IMG/VR virus record: IMGVR_UViG_3300037423_002450
Location: 1 to 36,535 of that record
Source of the DNA: a virus
Taxonomy: Duplodnaviria; Caudoviricetes
Reading direction: 5' to 3' (one strand)
DNA: 36,535 nt
The notes under the pieces are model-generated. The model was given only the letters and a program-made list of their open reading frames with translations, did not search any database and had not been told where the DNA came from. This document shows positions 26,699 through 34,352 of the stretch, one piece after another (the stretch's first letter is position 1; the number at the start of each line of letters is the position of its first letter). The position numbers were made by a program, and so were the translations under genes.

Positions 26699-26703
26699 CG
26701 GCC

Positions 26704-26713
26704 CGTGCTACCG
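26704..26713 (-). promoter_or_regulatory. Putative late promoter CGGTAGCACG (leaderless); its TAG is also the stop of the frameshifted chaperone
   Basis: Exactly 5 nt before ATG 26698. Confidence 0.8.
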
Positions 26714-26914
26714 CCGCCGGCCCCGCTCGAGGGCGGCGGCGCGCCGCCGCATCTCCTTCTCGAGCTCGGCCGCCTCGTAGCGCTCCCACGCCATCATGAG
26801 CGCCTGGTCCTCGCGCGGGAGCTTCGAGAACCAGTGCACGTCGCCGTTGCCGAACCGGAGCGAGAGCCGCAGCGCCGTGCGGACTACGTGCCCGTTCCGG
26901 CCTCGGATTTTCCC
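26708..26914 (-). CDS. -1 frameshift extension of the tail assembly chaperone (gpGT-like)
   Basis: Slippery G GGA AAA at 26914-26908; -1 frame open to TAG 26708. Confidence 0.75.
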   Translation of the reverse strand, partial: GKIRGRNGHVVRTALRLSLRFGNGDVHWFSKLPREDQALMMAWERYEAAELEKEMRRRAAALERGRRR

Positions 26915-27261
26915 ATCGCGGCCTGGACCTCCTTCTCGCGCGGGAAGGTCGCCTCGAGCAGCTCGGGGAAGAGCTGGCTCGCCGCGCCGATGATGTCCTC
27001 GACCGCCCAGCCCTTCTCGCGGAGCGCCGCGTACACCTCGCCCCCGTACTCGGCGAGGTCGCCGCGGACGCTGGCGCTCACGCCCGACCGGACGCCGAAG
27101 GCGACCTCGGGGACGCAGGCCGCGACCATCGCCGCGGAGGCGCGCGCGAGCGGGACGCCCCCGCGCTTCGCCTTCGCGTTGTAGGTGAGGACGAGGTCCT
27201 CGCGGACGTCGACGGGCGGCAACTCGACCGCGAAGTCGCGGCCCTTGATCTGGATCTTCAT
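26884..27261 (-). CDS. Tail assembly chaperone (gpG-like)
   Basis: Follows the tail tube gene and ends just after the slippery site. Confidence 0.75.
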   Translation of the reverse strand: MKIQIKGRDFAVELPPVDVREDLVLTYNAKAKRGGVPLARASAAMVAACVPEVAFGVRSGVSASVRGDLAEYGGEVYAALREKGWAVEDIIGAASQLFPELLEATFPREKEVQAAMGKSEAGTGT

Positions 27262-27290
27262 GGAGCGTCCTCTCTACGAAGCGGGGCGGA

Positions 27291-27818
27291 TCAGGTGAGC
27301 GTCGACCAGTCCGTCGCCGCGGTGCCGTACGGCAGGCCGGTGCCCTTCAGCGAGAACTGCGAGGGGTCGCCCTCGGCGAAGTCGAGCTCGAACATGACGT
27401 ACTTGTAGGTCACGACGTTGTCGTTCGTGCCCGAGAAGTTCGTGCGCTCGACCGTCCAGCTCCACTGCAGCGTGTAGATGTCGCCCCCCGAGACCGGGAA
27501 CGTGGACGTCGCCGTGCTCCACAGTCCCTTCTGCATGATGGCCTCGAAGAGCGTCGCGGTCGTGCCGTCGCCGAGGAAGTGCACGGCGTCGGCCGTGAAC
27601 TCGATCCCGAACTCCTTGTCCTCGGTGTTGCGACCCGCGTAGATGATCCCCCGGCTCTTGTAGATCTTCCGGTCCTTCTGGGCGTTGTTCAGGCCGGTGA
27701 TCTTGATGGCGCCGTTGGTGTAGAGGACCGTCAGCGTCTTCGGCGTCCCCGCGGTGCCGTCGGTGAGCGTCATGACGCCGTCGCGCGGGATGATCGGGGT
27801 CGCTGCGTTGCCAGGCAT
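27291..27818 (-). CDS. Major tail tube protein
   Basis: 175 aa, Thr-rich, beta-type; directly precedes the chaperone. Confidence 0.7.
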   Translation of the reverse strand: MPGNAATPIIPRDGVMTLTDGTAGTPKTLTVLYTNGAIKITGLNNAQKDRKIYKSRGIIYAGRNTEDKEFGIEFTADAVHFLGDGTTATLFEAIMQKGLWSTATSTFPVSGGDIYTLQWSWTVERTNFSGTNDNVVTYKYVMFELDFAEGDPSQFSLKGTGLPYGTAATDWSTLT

Positions 27819-27841
27819 GGGGAAGCCTCGGGAGTCGCCGT

Positions 27842-27851
27842 CGTGCTACCG
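27842..27851 (-). promoter_or_regulatory. Putative late promoter CGGTAGCACG (leadered)
   Basis: 23 nt before the tail tube ATG, with SD GAGG in between. Confidence 0.8.
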
Positions 27852-27863
27852 GCGGGCGCGGGC

Positions 27864-28280
27864 CTACTGCAGGGTGAAGCGGTGGCCGACCTCGAACGTG
27901 GCCGTGCCGAGGACCCACCCGTCCACCGTCGCCCGGCGGGTGAGGCGCTTCACGAGCACGTGCTTCGTCGAGATCGCCACGACCTTCTTCACGAGGTCCT
28001 GCTCGGCGTCCGTGGCCGCGTCGTAGTCGCCGTTCTGCGCGTCGGCGCGCAGCCGGTGCGCCCACTGGACCTCGATCGTCGAGTACACGAGCGCGCCCTC
28101 GGAGAGGCCCTGCCGCCCGTCGCGCACCTCGGTCGTCGGGACACCCACCGCGAAGGAGTGGTGCAGGAGTGAGTCGGTGTCCCGGCCGAACAGCTCGGGC
28201 GCGAACCGGCTCTGCGTCCACCCCGAGAGGGTGCGGATGGCCGCCACGACGAGCGCGCGGATGGTCGCGATGTCGGCCAT
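27864..28280 (-). CDS. Putative tail terminator
   Basis: 138 aa, just upstream of the tail tube gene. Confidence 0.55.
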   Translation of the reverse strand: MADIATIRALVVAAIRTLSGWTQSRFAPELFGRDTDSLLHHSFAVGVPTTEVRDGRQGLSEGALVYSTIEVQWAHRLRADAQNGDYDAATDAEQDLVKKVVAISTKHVLVKRLTRRATVDGWVLGTATFEVGHRFTLQ

Positions 28281-29029
28281 CAGTCGAACCCGCCCAGCCA
28301 GACCGACGGGTTGCCCGCGCGCTTGCGCCGCCCGTCGGAGGCGCCGGCGTCCGTCGCGTCGTACTCGAACACGAGGCCGTCCCACGCGTCCTTGAACTGC
28401 GCGCGGTAGTCGTCGGCCTTCTCCTTCCAGGTCTCGTTGAGCGTCGTCCGGAGGTGCTCGAAGACGAGCGCGAGCGTGAGGAGCAGGAGCGGCTCGCGCA
28501 GCGCGCTCGGCTCCATGACCAGGTTCCAGATCGACCCCTTTCCGGCGAGCCGCCCGTGGATGGTGACGACGGCCTCGTCGATGAAGTCCTGGAAGTCCGT
28601 CAGCGCCGAGATGGGAGCCGCCCCGTTCGGGTCGAGCGCGCCCTCGCGGCGGAAGAGGTCGGGGTCGGCCACCACGGGGAAGAACGCCGCCTTCACGAGC
28701 CCGGCCGCGTTCCGCACCACCTTCGTCTTCCCGTTGACGACGAGGCTCCACTCGACGCGCCAGCCCATCCCGCGCGAGCGCGTCGTCGGCACGAGGGCCG
28801 CCGCGAGCGTGTACGTGGGGATGCCGTCGTCGTCGACGGTGACGGCCGCGGCGTCGACGACGACCGTGCCCGAGGCGTCGTACACCGACACCGTCGAGCC
28901 CGCCTCGGTGACGGCGACGATCGCGCCGTTCTGCCAGAGGGGGCAGGACAGGTCGTTGTCCTGCCCCTGCACCAGGTAGTTCGGCATCAGGAGCCGGGCC
29001 GTGATGAAGCTGGTCTCCGCGCCGCTCAT
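28280..29029 (-). CDS. Putative head-tail adaptor
   Basis: Beta-rich N-terminus plus helical adaptor-like C-terminus; synteny. Confidence 0.55.
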   Translation of the reverse strand: MSGAETSFITARLLMPNYLVQGQDNDLSCPLWQNGAIVAVTEAGSTVSVYDASGTVVVDAAAVTVDDDGIPTYTLAAALVPTTRSRGMGWRVEWSLVVNGKTKVVRNAAGLVKAAFFPVVADPDLFRREGALDPNGAAPISALTDFQDFIDEAVVTIHGRLAGKGSIWNLVMEPSALREPLLLLTLALVFEHLRTTLNETWKEKADDYRAQFKDAWDGLVFEYDATDAGASDGRRKRAGNPSVWLGGFD

Positions 29030-29034
29030 GCCGC

Positions 29035-29044
29035 CGTGCTACCG
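29035..29044 (-). promoter_or_regulatory. Putative late promoter CGGTAGCACG (leaderless)
   Basis: Exactly 5 nt before ATG 29029. Confidence 0.8.
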
Positions 29045-29052
29045 GCGGGGGC

Positions 29053-29937
29053 CTACCAGCCCAGCCACGTGTTCGCGGCCGAGTCGAGGCACACGAGCAC
29101 GACGCCCTTCCCCGAGGCGCTGCCGAAGGCCGCGTTCGCCGCGCCGCCGTTGATCGAGCCGCCGGCCGGCGGGTAGACCTTCAGGATCTTGTTCGCCACG
29201 CCGTTGCCGATGAAGATCATCCGGCCGGTGACCTTGTCGGAGGCGTGCACGATCACGCCCTTCGTGTCGTCCGCGCCGGTCGTCGGGTAGACGCGCCCGG
29301 TGCCGGCCGGCAGCGCCGCGGCGTCGGCGTTCGTCGAGCCGGCGGCCGCGGTGCTGCCGCCCAGCGCGAGCGGCGCGTCGATGTCGTCCACGAGCTCGGC
29401 CGTGCCGCTCCCGGTGAAGCGCGGGCGCTTGTTGGCCGCCGAGGCGAGGCCGGCCAGCGCGTCGAGCTCGGCGTCGTGCGCCTGCACGTCCGTGCCGATC
29501 ACGAGGCCGAGCGTGGTCCGCTGGGCCGCCGCGTTCGCGTCGTCGACGAGCGCGCGGCCCGCGGCGGTGAAGTCGGCGAGGGAGGCGGTGCCCGAGCCCG
29601 TGAAGTAGGGCAGCTTGTCCGCCGCGCTGGTGAGCCCCGCGATCGCCGCGAGCTCGGCGTCCGCGATGGCGTTCACGAGCGCGTTCCAGGTCGTGCCGCC
29701 GTTGTGCGTGATGTACACCGCGTCGGTCGGGCCGCTCGCGTCCTCACGGAGGTAGAGCATCGTCGCCGAGCTGTCCCGGCCGTAGCCGCCGCTCGGCGCG
29801 CCCGTGCCGGCGATGATCTCGACGTAGGCGGCGGAGCTCGCGTCGCGCGCGTCGGAGACGCGGAGGAAGCCGACCTTGATCCCCTTCGGGGTGATGTTCT
29901 CGGCGAGGCGGGGAGGATTCGAGGGGGTCTCGGCCAT
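29053..29937 (-). CDS. Fibre-repeat protein in the head module (head fibre / decoration?)
   Basis: Two DAEL.A.AGL.SAA.K.P.FTGSGTA repeats; SD GGAG. Confidence 0.6.
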   Translation of the reverse strand: MAETPSNPPRLAENITPKGIKVGFLRVSDARDASSAAYVEIIAGTGAPSGGYGRDSSATMLYLREDASGPTDAVYITHNGGTTWNALVNAIADAELAAIAGLTSAADKLPYFTGSGTASLADFTAAGRALVDDANAAAQRTTLGLVIGTDVQAHDAELDALAGLASAANKRPRFTGSGTAELVDDIDAPLALGGSTAAAGSTNADAAALPAGTGRVYPTTGADDTKGVIVHASDKVTGRMIFIGNGVANKILKVYPPAGGSINGGAANAAFGSASGKGVVLVCLDSAANTWLGW

Positions 29938-29979
29938 CGTGCACTCCGGGTGGAGCACCGCCGTGGAGGCGGCACGGCC

Positions 29980-29989
29980 CGTGCTACCG
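29980..29989 (-). promoter_or_regulatory. Putative late promoter CGGTAGCACG (leadered)
   Basis: 42 nt before ATG 29937. Confidence 0.75.
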
Positions 29990-30003
29990 ACGGCCGCGAG
30001 GCC

Positions 30004-30198
30004 CTACCGCTTCCCCTCGTCGCGGAGCTTCCGGTCGGTCCGGAGCATCGACTCGCGCGCCACGCGCTGCGCGTCCTTCGGCTTCGTGCCCGACGCGATG
30101 AGATCGCGGGCGACGCGGTCCATGACCTGCCGATCGCCCGGCCGCTCGCCGCCGCTCGCCGGCTGCGCCGGTCGGTTCCGGGGGTCTCGCTCGTTCAC
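30004..30198 (-). CDS. Small basic hypothetical protein
   Basis: GTGA overlap, 64 aa. Confidence 0.55.
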   Translation of the reverse strand: MNERDPRNRPAQPASGGERPGDRQVMDRVARDLIASGTKPKDAQRVARESMLRTDRKLRDEGKR

Positions 30199-30938
30199 GC
30201 CTTCTTCTCCTTCGCGCTCGTCTCGCCCTCGCCCTCGCCCTCGCCCGGGTCCTCCTCGAGCGTCCGCTTCGCGTTCCGCTTCGGGGCGACCTTCTCGCCC
30301 CTCGCCTTGCGCAGGTACGTCTCGAGCACCGCGATCTCCGCCTCGGCCGCTTCGACGCGGAACGCGTGCGTGCCGGCGCCGTTGCTCCGCGCGAGGATCT
30401 GCTGGGCGATCGCGAGCTTCTTCTTCGCCTTCGTGAGCAGCGTCGCCGCGACGTCGTACGGGCAGGGCGGGAGCTTCCCGCTCGAGACGAGCGAGTCGAG
30501 CCACGCGGCGTAGGCTTCCTGGTCGGTCTCGGTCTTCGCGGACCCGACCGTGGCGGTCTCGAACACGGAGATCCACGCCTCGGCGATCTCGTCCCGCCCG
30601 CCCGGCTTCGTCTCGACGACGTTCATGTACGACTCACCGTCGGGCGCCCACTCGTAGGGGATGACGCGGCGGCCCTGCGTCTCGAGCTTCGCGCGCACGT
30701 TCGCGAACAGGACCTTCCCGTCGCGGATGGCGATGCCGTTCACGCCGGCCTTCATCTGCTGGATCGACAGCGCGGGGACCAGGCGGCCGCCGATCACCTG
30801 CCAGCGGCGCGGGTGGAAGATCCAGATGAACTGCGGGGAGTCGAGCAGGAAGGGGTGCGTGAGTCCGGTCGCCGAGGTGGCGAAGTCGGGCGTCCGCTTC
30901 GGGTCACGGGTCGCGGGGGCGCTGGTGCGTTCGGCCAT
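30195..30938 (-). CDS. Hypothetical late protein (247 aa)
   Basis: Strong SD GGAGAGGA, codon bias. Confidence 0.75.
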   Translation of the reverse strand: MAERTSAPATRDPKRTPDFATSATGLTHPFLLDSPQFIWIFHPRRWQVIGGRLVPALSIQQMKAGVNGIAIRDGKVLFANVRAKLETQGRRVIPYEWAPDGESYMNVVETKPGGRDEIAEAWISVFETATVGSAKTETDQEAYAAWLDSLVSSGKLPPCPYDVAATLLTKAKKKLAIAQQILARSNGAGTHAFRVEAAEAEIAVLETYLRKARGEKVAPKRNAKRTLEEDPGEGEGEGETSAKEKKA

Positions 30939-30950
30939 GGGTCCTCTCCG

Positions 30951-30990
30951 AAAACGAGAACGGGTCGCTCCGTGCTACCGGAGCGACCCG
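30951..30990 (-). terminator. Intrinsic terminator after the major capsid gene, with the late promoter motif at its apex
   Basis: 12-bp stem CGGGTCGCTCCG/CGGAGCGACCCG, loop GTAGCA, followed by TTCTCGTTTT. Confidence 0.75.
30971..30980 (-). promoter_or_regulatory. Putative late promoter CGGTAGCACG (leadered)
   Basis: 32 nt before ATG 30938. Confidence 0.75.
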
Positions 30991-31066
30991 CATCGAGGAC
31001 GCAGAAGGCCCGCGGAAACCGGAGAGGACGCTCGTGGACGTCCGCGGGCCCGCTGCGCCAGCTCGG

Positions 31067-31969
31067 CTACGCGACGCGCGACTTCACGGTCTGGCCGGCG
31101 TTGTCGATCGCCTTCGCGGCGCCGATGATGCAGGCGAACGTGTAGTCGGTCATGAGGCCGCGGGAGCGGCGCTGCTCCTCGAGGCGGGCGCGCCCGAGGG
31201 TGAACGAGTCGCGCACCGCCGGGAGCGGGGCGTCCGCCCACGCGATGCCGCCGCGCCCGAGGATGCAGCCGGCGTGGTTGACGCCGGCGTCCGAGGTCGG
31301 CACGCGCGTCGACGTGAAGAAGTCGATCGACCCGTAGTTGCCCTTCGCGGACTCGAGGCCCTTGTTGATCACGCCGTTGAGCGTGAGCGCCGGGGCGAAG
31401 CCGAGCGAGAGCGTGTCGACCTCGAGGTCGCCCCACTGCTCGGGGTGCAGCTCCGCGAGGAGCGCGCCCGTGACGTCGCGCATCGCGAGCTGCGTCTTCG
31501 TGTCGATGACGTCCGCCCAGGTGAGCGCGCTCCCGGCGTTGCCGCCGATGTCGGTGAAGTCGTCGCCGATGTTGGCGAGGACGTCGATGAGCGTCTGCGC
31601 GTAGGTGATCGCGAGGTCCTCGGCGAACTTCGCCTTCCCGAGCATCCCGGCCGCGAGGTACCCGGCGAAGTCGTCGAGGGTGTAGACCTTCGACTTCGGG
31701 GCGATCGTCACCTCGGTCGCGTCGGTGGTGAGCGCCGTCGACGCCTTCTCCGCGCCCGGCGTGTGGTCCGTCATCAGGTTGTACCCGCCGAGCCCGACGT
31801 GCGGCACGCGCACGACGTTGCTGTTCGGCGCGCTCGCCTGCGCGTAGAACCACGCGGGGTGCGTGAGCACGCTCCCGTCGCGGGCCGCGAGGAGCATCAG
31901 GAACTCGGTCGACACGACCTCGTCCGCCATGAGGTCGGCGATGGCGGAGGGAGTGATCTCGTTGGCCAT
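31067..31969 (-). CDS. Major capsid protein
   Basis: 300 aa after portal and scaffold; LHPEQW.DL HK97-fold-like segment; own promoter, SD and terminator. Confidence 0.8.
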   Translation of the reverse strand: MANEITPSAIADLMADEVVSTEFLMLLAARDGSVLTHPAWFYAQASAPNSNVVRVPHVGLGGYNLMTDHTPGAEKASTALTTDATEVTIAPKSKVYTLDDFAGYLAAGMLGKAKFAEDLAITYAQTLIDVLANIGDDFTDIGGNAGSALTWADVIDTKTQLAMRDVTGALLAELHPEQWGDLEVDTLSLGFAPALTLNGVINKGLESAKGNYGSIDFFTSTRVPTSDAGVNHAGCILGRGGIAWADAPLPAVRDSFTLGRARLEEQRRSRGLMTDYTFACIIGAAKAIDNAGQTVKSRVA

Positions 31970-31995
31970 GGGGCGCTCCGTTCGGTGAGTCGCCC

Positions 31996-32005
31996 CGTGC
32001 TACCG
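31996..32005 (-). promoter_or_regulatory. Putative late promoter CGGTAGCACG (leadered)
   Basis: 26 nt before the capsid ATG, SD GGAG. Confidence 0.8.
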
Positions 32006-32032
32006 GCGTCCGCGGAGGCCCCTCCGCGCACC

Positions 32033-32629
32033 CTACTTCTCGAGCCCCAACCGCTTGCGCACGTCCTTCCACGCCGCCCAGTTGCCCGTCCGGACGGCCT
32101 CGTCGCGGGCCTTGCGGACCTCGTCGGCCGTCGGCTGCCCGGGCGCGCCCGGAGTCTGCGTGCCGCTGCCGACGACCTTCGGCTGCACCTTCCCGGCACC
32201 GCCGCCGTTGCCGCCGCCGGCGAGCCACGGGCGGAGGATCGCCGGCGCCTCCTCGGGCTTCGCCTTCAGCGACTCGACCCACGCCTTCCGCGCGGGGCGG
32301 TCCTTCTCGGGGAGCGCGCCGTACTTCGACTCGAAGCTCTCGATCACGTCGGTGTCGGTCGTGCCGAGCGCGCCCGAGAGCTCGGTGAACACGGCGAAGC
32401 GGTTGGTCGCCGCCTCGGCCTTCCCCTTCCACTCGTTGAGTTGCGTCGTGAGCACGTCCACGGTGGCGCCGCGCTCGGTCGCCTTCTGCAGCTCACCCTT
32501 CAGCCGCGCGACCTCGGCGTCGGCCGCGTTCTTCGCGGTGACCGTCGCCTGGTAGGTCTCGTAGGGGATCGGCTGCGCGCCGCCCCCTCCACCGCCTCCA
32601 CCCCCGCCGTTGCCGCCGCCTTCGTTCAT
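32033..32629 (-). CDS. Capsid scaffolding protein
   Basis: Coiled coil, Gly-rich linkers, basic C-terminal helix; between portal and capsid. Confidence 0.7.
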   Translation of the reverse strand: MNEGGGNGGGGGGGGGGAQPIPYETYQATVTAKNAADAEVARLKGELQKATERGATVDVLTTQLNEWKGKAEAATNRFAVFTELSGALGTTDTDVIESFESKYGALPEKDRPARKAWVESLKAKPEEAPAILRPWLAGGGNGGGAGKVQPKVVGSGTQTPGAPGQPTADEVRKARDEAVRTGNWAAWKDVRKRLGLEK

Positions 32630-32643
32630 CGAGGTCCTCTCCG

Positions 32644-34326
32644 CTACCCTTCCGTGCTACCGCCGGCCGACGGATTTTCCGGAGCGGTCGGCGCCTGACC
32701 CGCGGCGGCGTTCGCCGCCTTCGCGACCACGGCGGCGTGCTTCGCCTGGTACTCGGAGACGGTGAGCTTCCCGTCCTCGCCACCGATGGGCGCGAGCCCC
32801 TGCGCCGCGCGCGCCTCGTCGACGGTGACGATCGACGCGATGTCGGTCGACGTGAGCGCGATCGACGGCTGGCTGGGCTCCGGCGCGGTGGGCGCGCCCG
32901 CGCCCGGGCCGGCCGCCGGCGTCGGCTCCGCGGGCTCGAACTGCGCGTTCACCGCCTCGATCTTCTTCAGCGCCTCGAGCGCCTCCCGATCGTCCAGCCC
33001 CGGGTGGAGCTGCCTGTACGCGGAGACCTTGTCGATGAGCCCGAGCTTCAGCAGACCCTCCATCCGCGCGAGCTCGGCCGCGAGCTCGGCGGGGTCGCGC
33101 GGCAGGCTCTTGTACTCGATGCGCCAGCCGTCGACGGGGCCTCCGCGGAGGCCCGACACGAGCCGGAGGAGGCGGATGTCGCTGCGCCGGAACACGGGCG
33201 CGTAGGCGCGCTGCGCGTCGCGCTGCGCCTCGCGGCTCACGGCCAGTGACATCGCGGAGCGCACGTCGCTCTCCCGGCGGCTCACGCCCACCGTCGAGAG
33301 CGCCATCTCGACGAGGCGCCGCTCGTAGCGCTCGATCGCGGCGAAGAAGCGGTCCGGGTCGACGGGCGCGCCCCACTGGCCGACCTGGATGCTGTTCTGC
33401 CCGACGGCGTCCTCGATCGCCTTCAGGATCACAAGCGTCGCCGGGTCGGCGACGGCCTCCTTCCGGCGACCGTCCTCCTCGACGTCGCCCTGATCCGGCG
33501 CAGCGCCCGCGGCCCATCGCTGCGCCCAGCTCGCCTGCCGCAGCGCGTGGCCGAAGAACGAGTAGTACACGCCGAGCTGCAGGGCGCCCTCGAACACCTC
33601 GCGCCCGGTGTACGGGTCGAGCGCGTAGCCGGTCTCCGCCGCGTGGTAGGCGACGTAGGGGAGCACGGGCTTGCCCTGCACGAGGAAGGGGTAGTTCTCG
33701 CCGGAGAAGTCCTCGTGCCCGTCCTTCCCGAGGACGCGGGCCGTCACGTCGAAGCCCCGGTCGTCGCGCGCCACGTAGAGCCGCTTCCGCGGGTCGCACA
33801 CGAGCTGCACCCACTTCGTCGGGTCGTCCGGGTCCTCGATCCACTCGGCGAGGGCGAGCGGCTGCGCAGGCGAGAGCGGCGAGGAGACGACGCTCACGAG
33901 GTCGGGGAACACGAGCCGGAACGCGGGGGCGCCGTTGTCGTCGAGGTCGACGCGGACGAACATGTCGTTCAGGCCGATGCAGTCGCGCTGGTTCCGCTGC
34001 GCGAGCTGCCAGAAGCCGGCCTCGAGGACGGCCTCCGCGGTGTCCTCGCCGCCGGCCGGCGGGTTGATCTCGGGGATGTCGCGGTAGAGCCCGGCGAGCT
34101 GGCTCGTCACGTACCAGGCCGGGTTCGCCGTCATGTCGACGATGCGCACCGCCTTCGCGCGCGTGGTCCCGATCGCCTTCACGAGGCGGGACTCCACGTC
34201 GGGGTGGTGCATCGAGTACATGACCCGACGCCGGAGGCGGGTGTGCTCGACGCGAGCGGCCTCGGCCGCGCTCTTCGGCGCCGGCGGGGCGGGGAGCGGC
34301 GGGGGCGCGGTGTCGTCGGCGAACAT
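32644..34326 (-). CDS. Portal protein
   Basis: 560 aa directly after terL; C-terminal TVDEARAAQGLAPI.G motif. Confidence 0.8.
   Translation of the reverse strand: MFADDTAPPPLPAPPAPKSAAEAARVEHTRLRRRVMYSMHHPDVESRLVKAIGTTRAKAVRIVDMTANPAWYVTSQLAGLYRDIPEINPPAGGEDTAEAVLEAGFWQLAQRNQRDCIGLNDMFVRVDLDDNGAPAFRLVFPDLVSVVSSPLSPAQPLALAEWIEDPDDPTKWVQLVCDPRKRLYVARDDRGFDVTARVLGKDGHEDFSGENYPFLVQGKPVLPYVAYHAAETGYALDPYTGREVFEGALQLGVYYSFFGHALRQASWAQRWAAGAAPDQGDVEEDGRRKEAVADPATLVILKAIEDAVGQNSIQVGQWGAPVDPDRFFAAIERYERRLVEMALSTVGVSRRESDVRSAMSLAVSREAQRDAQRAYAPVFRRSDIRLLRLVSGLRGGPVDGWRIEYKSLPRDPAELAAELARMEGLLKLGLIDKVSAYRQLHPGLDDREALEALKKIEAVNAQFEPAEPTPAAGPGAGAPTAPEPSQPSIALTSTDIASIVTVDEARAAQGLAPIGGEDGKLTVSEYQAKHAAVVAKAANAAAGQAPTAPENPSAGGSTEG
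32653..32662 (-). promoter_or_regulatory. Putative late promoter CGGTAGCACG (leadered; inside the last portal codons)
   Basis: 23 nt before the scaffold ATG, SD GGAGAGGA. Confidence 0.75.
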
Positions 34327-34331
34327 CGCGT

Positions 34332-34341
34332 CGTGCTACCG
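34332..34341 (-). promoter_or_regulatory. Putative late promoter CGGTAGCACG (leaderless)
   Basis: Exactly 5 nt before ATG 34326. Confidence 0.8.
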
Positions 34342-34352
34342 GCGCACCGCGA

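Noticed and set aside
32575-32620. GGN-rich repeat
   Set aside because: Simply encodes the poly-Gly N-terminus of the scaffold protein
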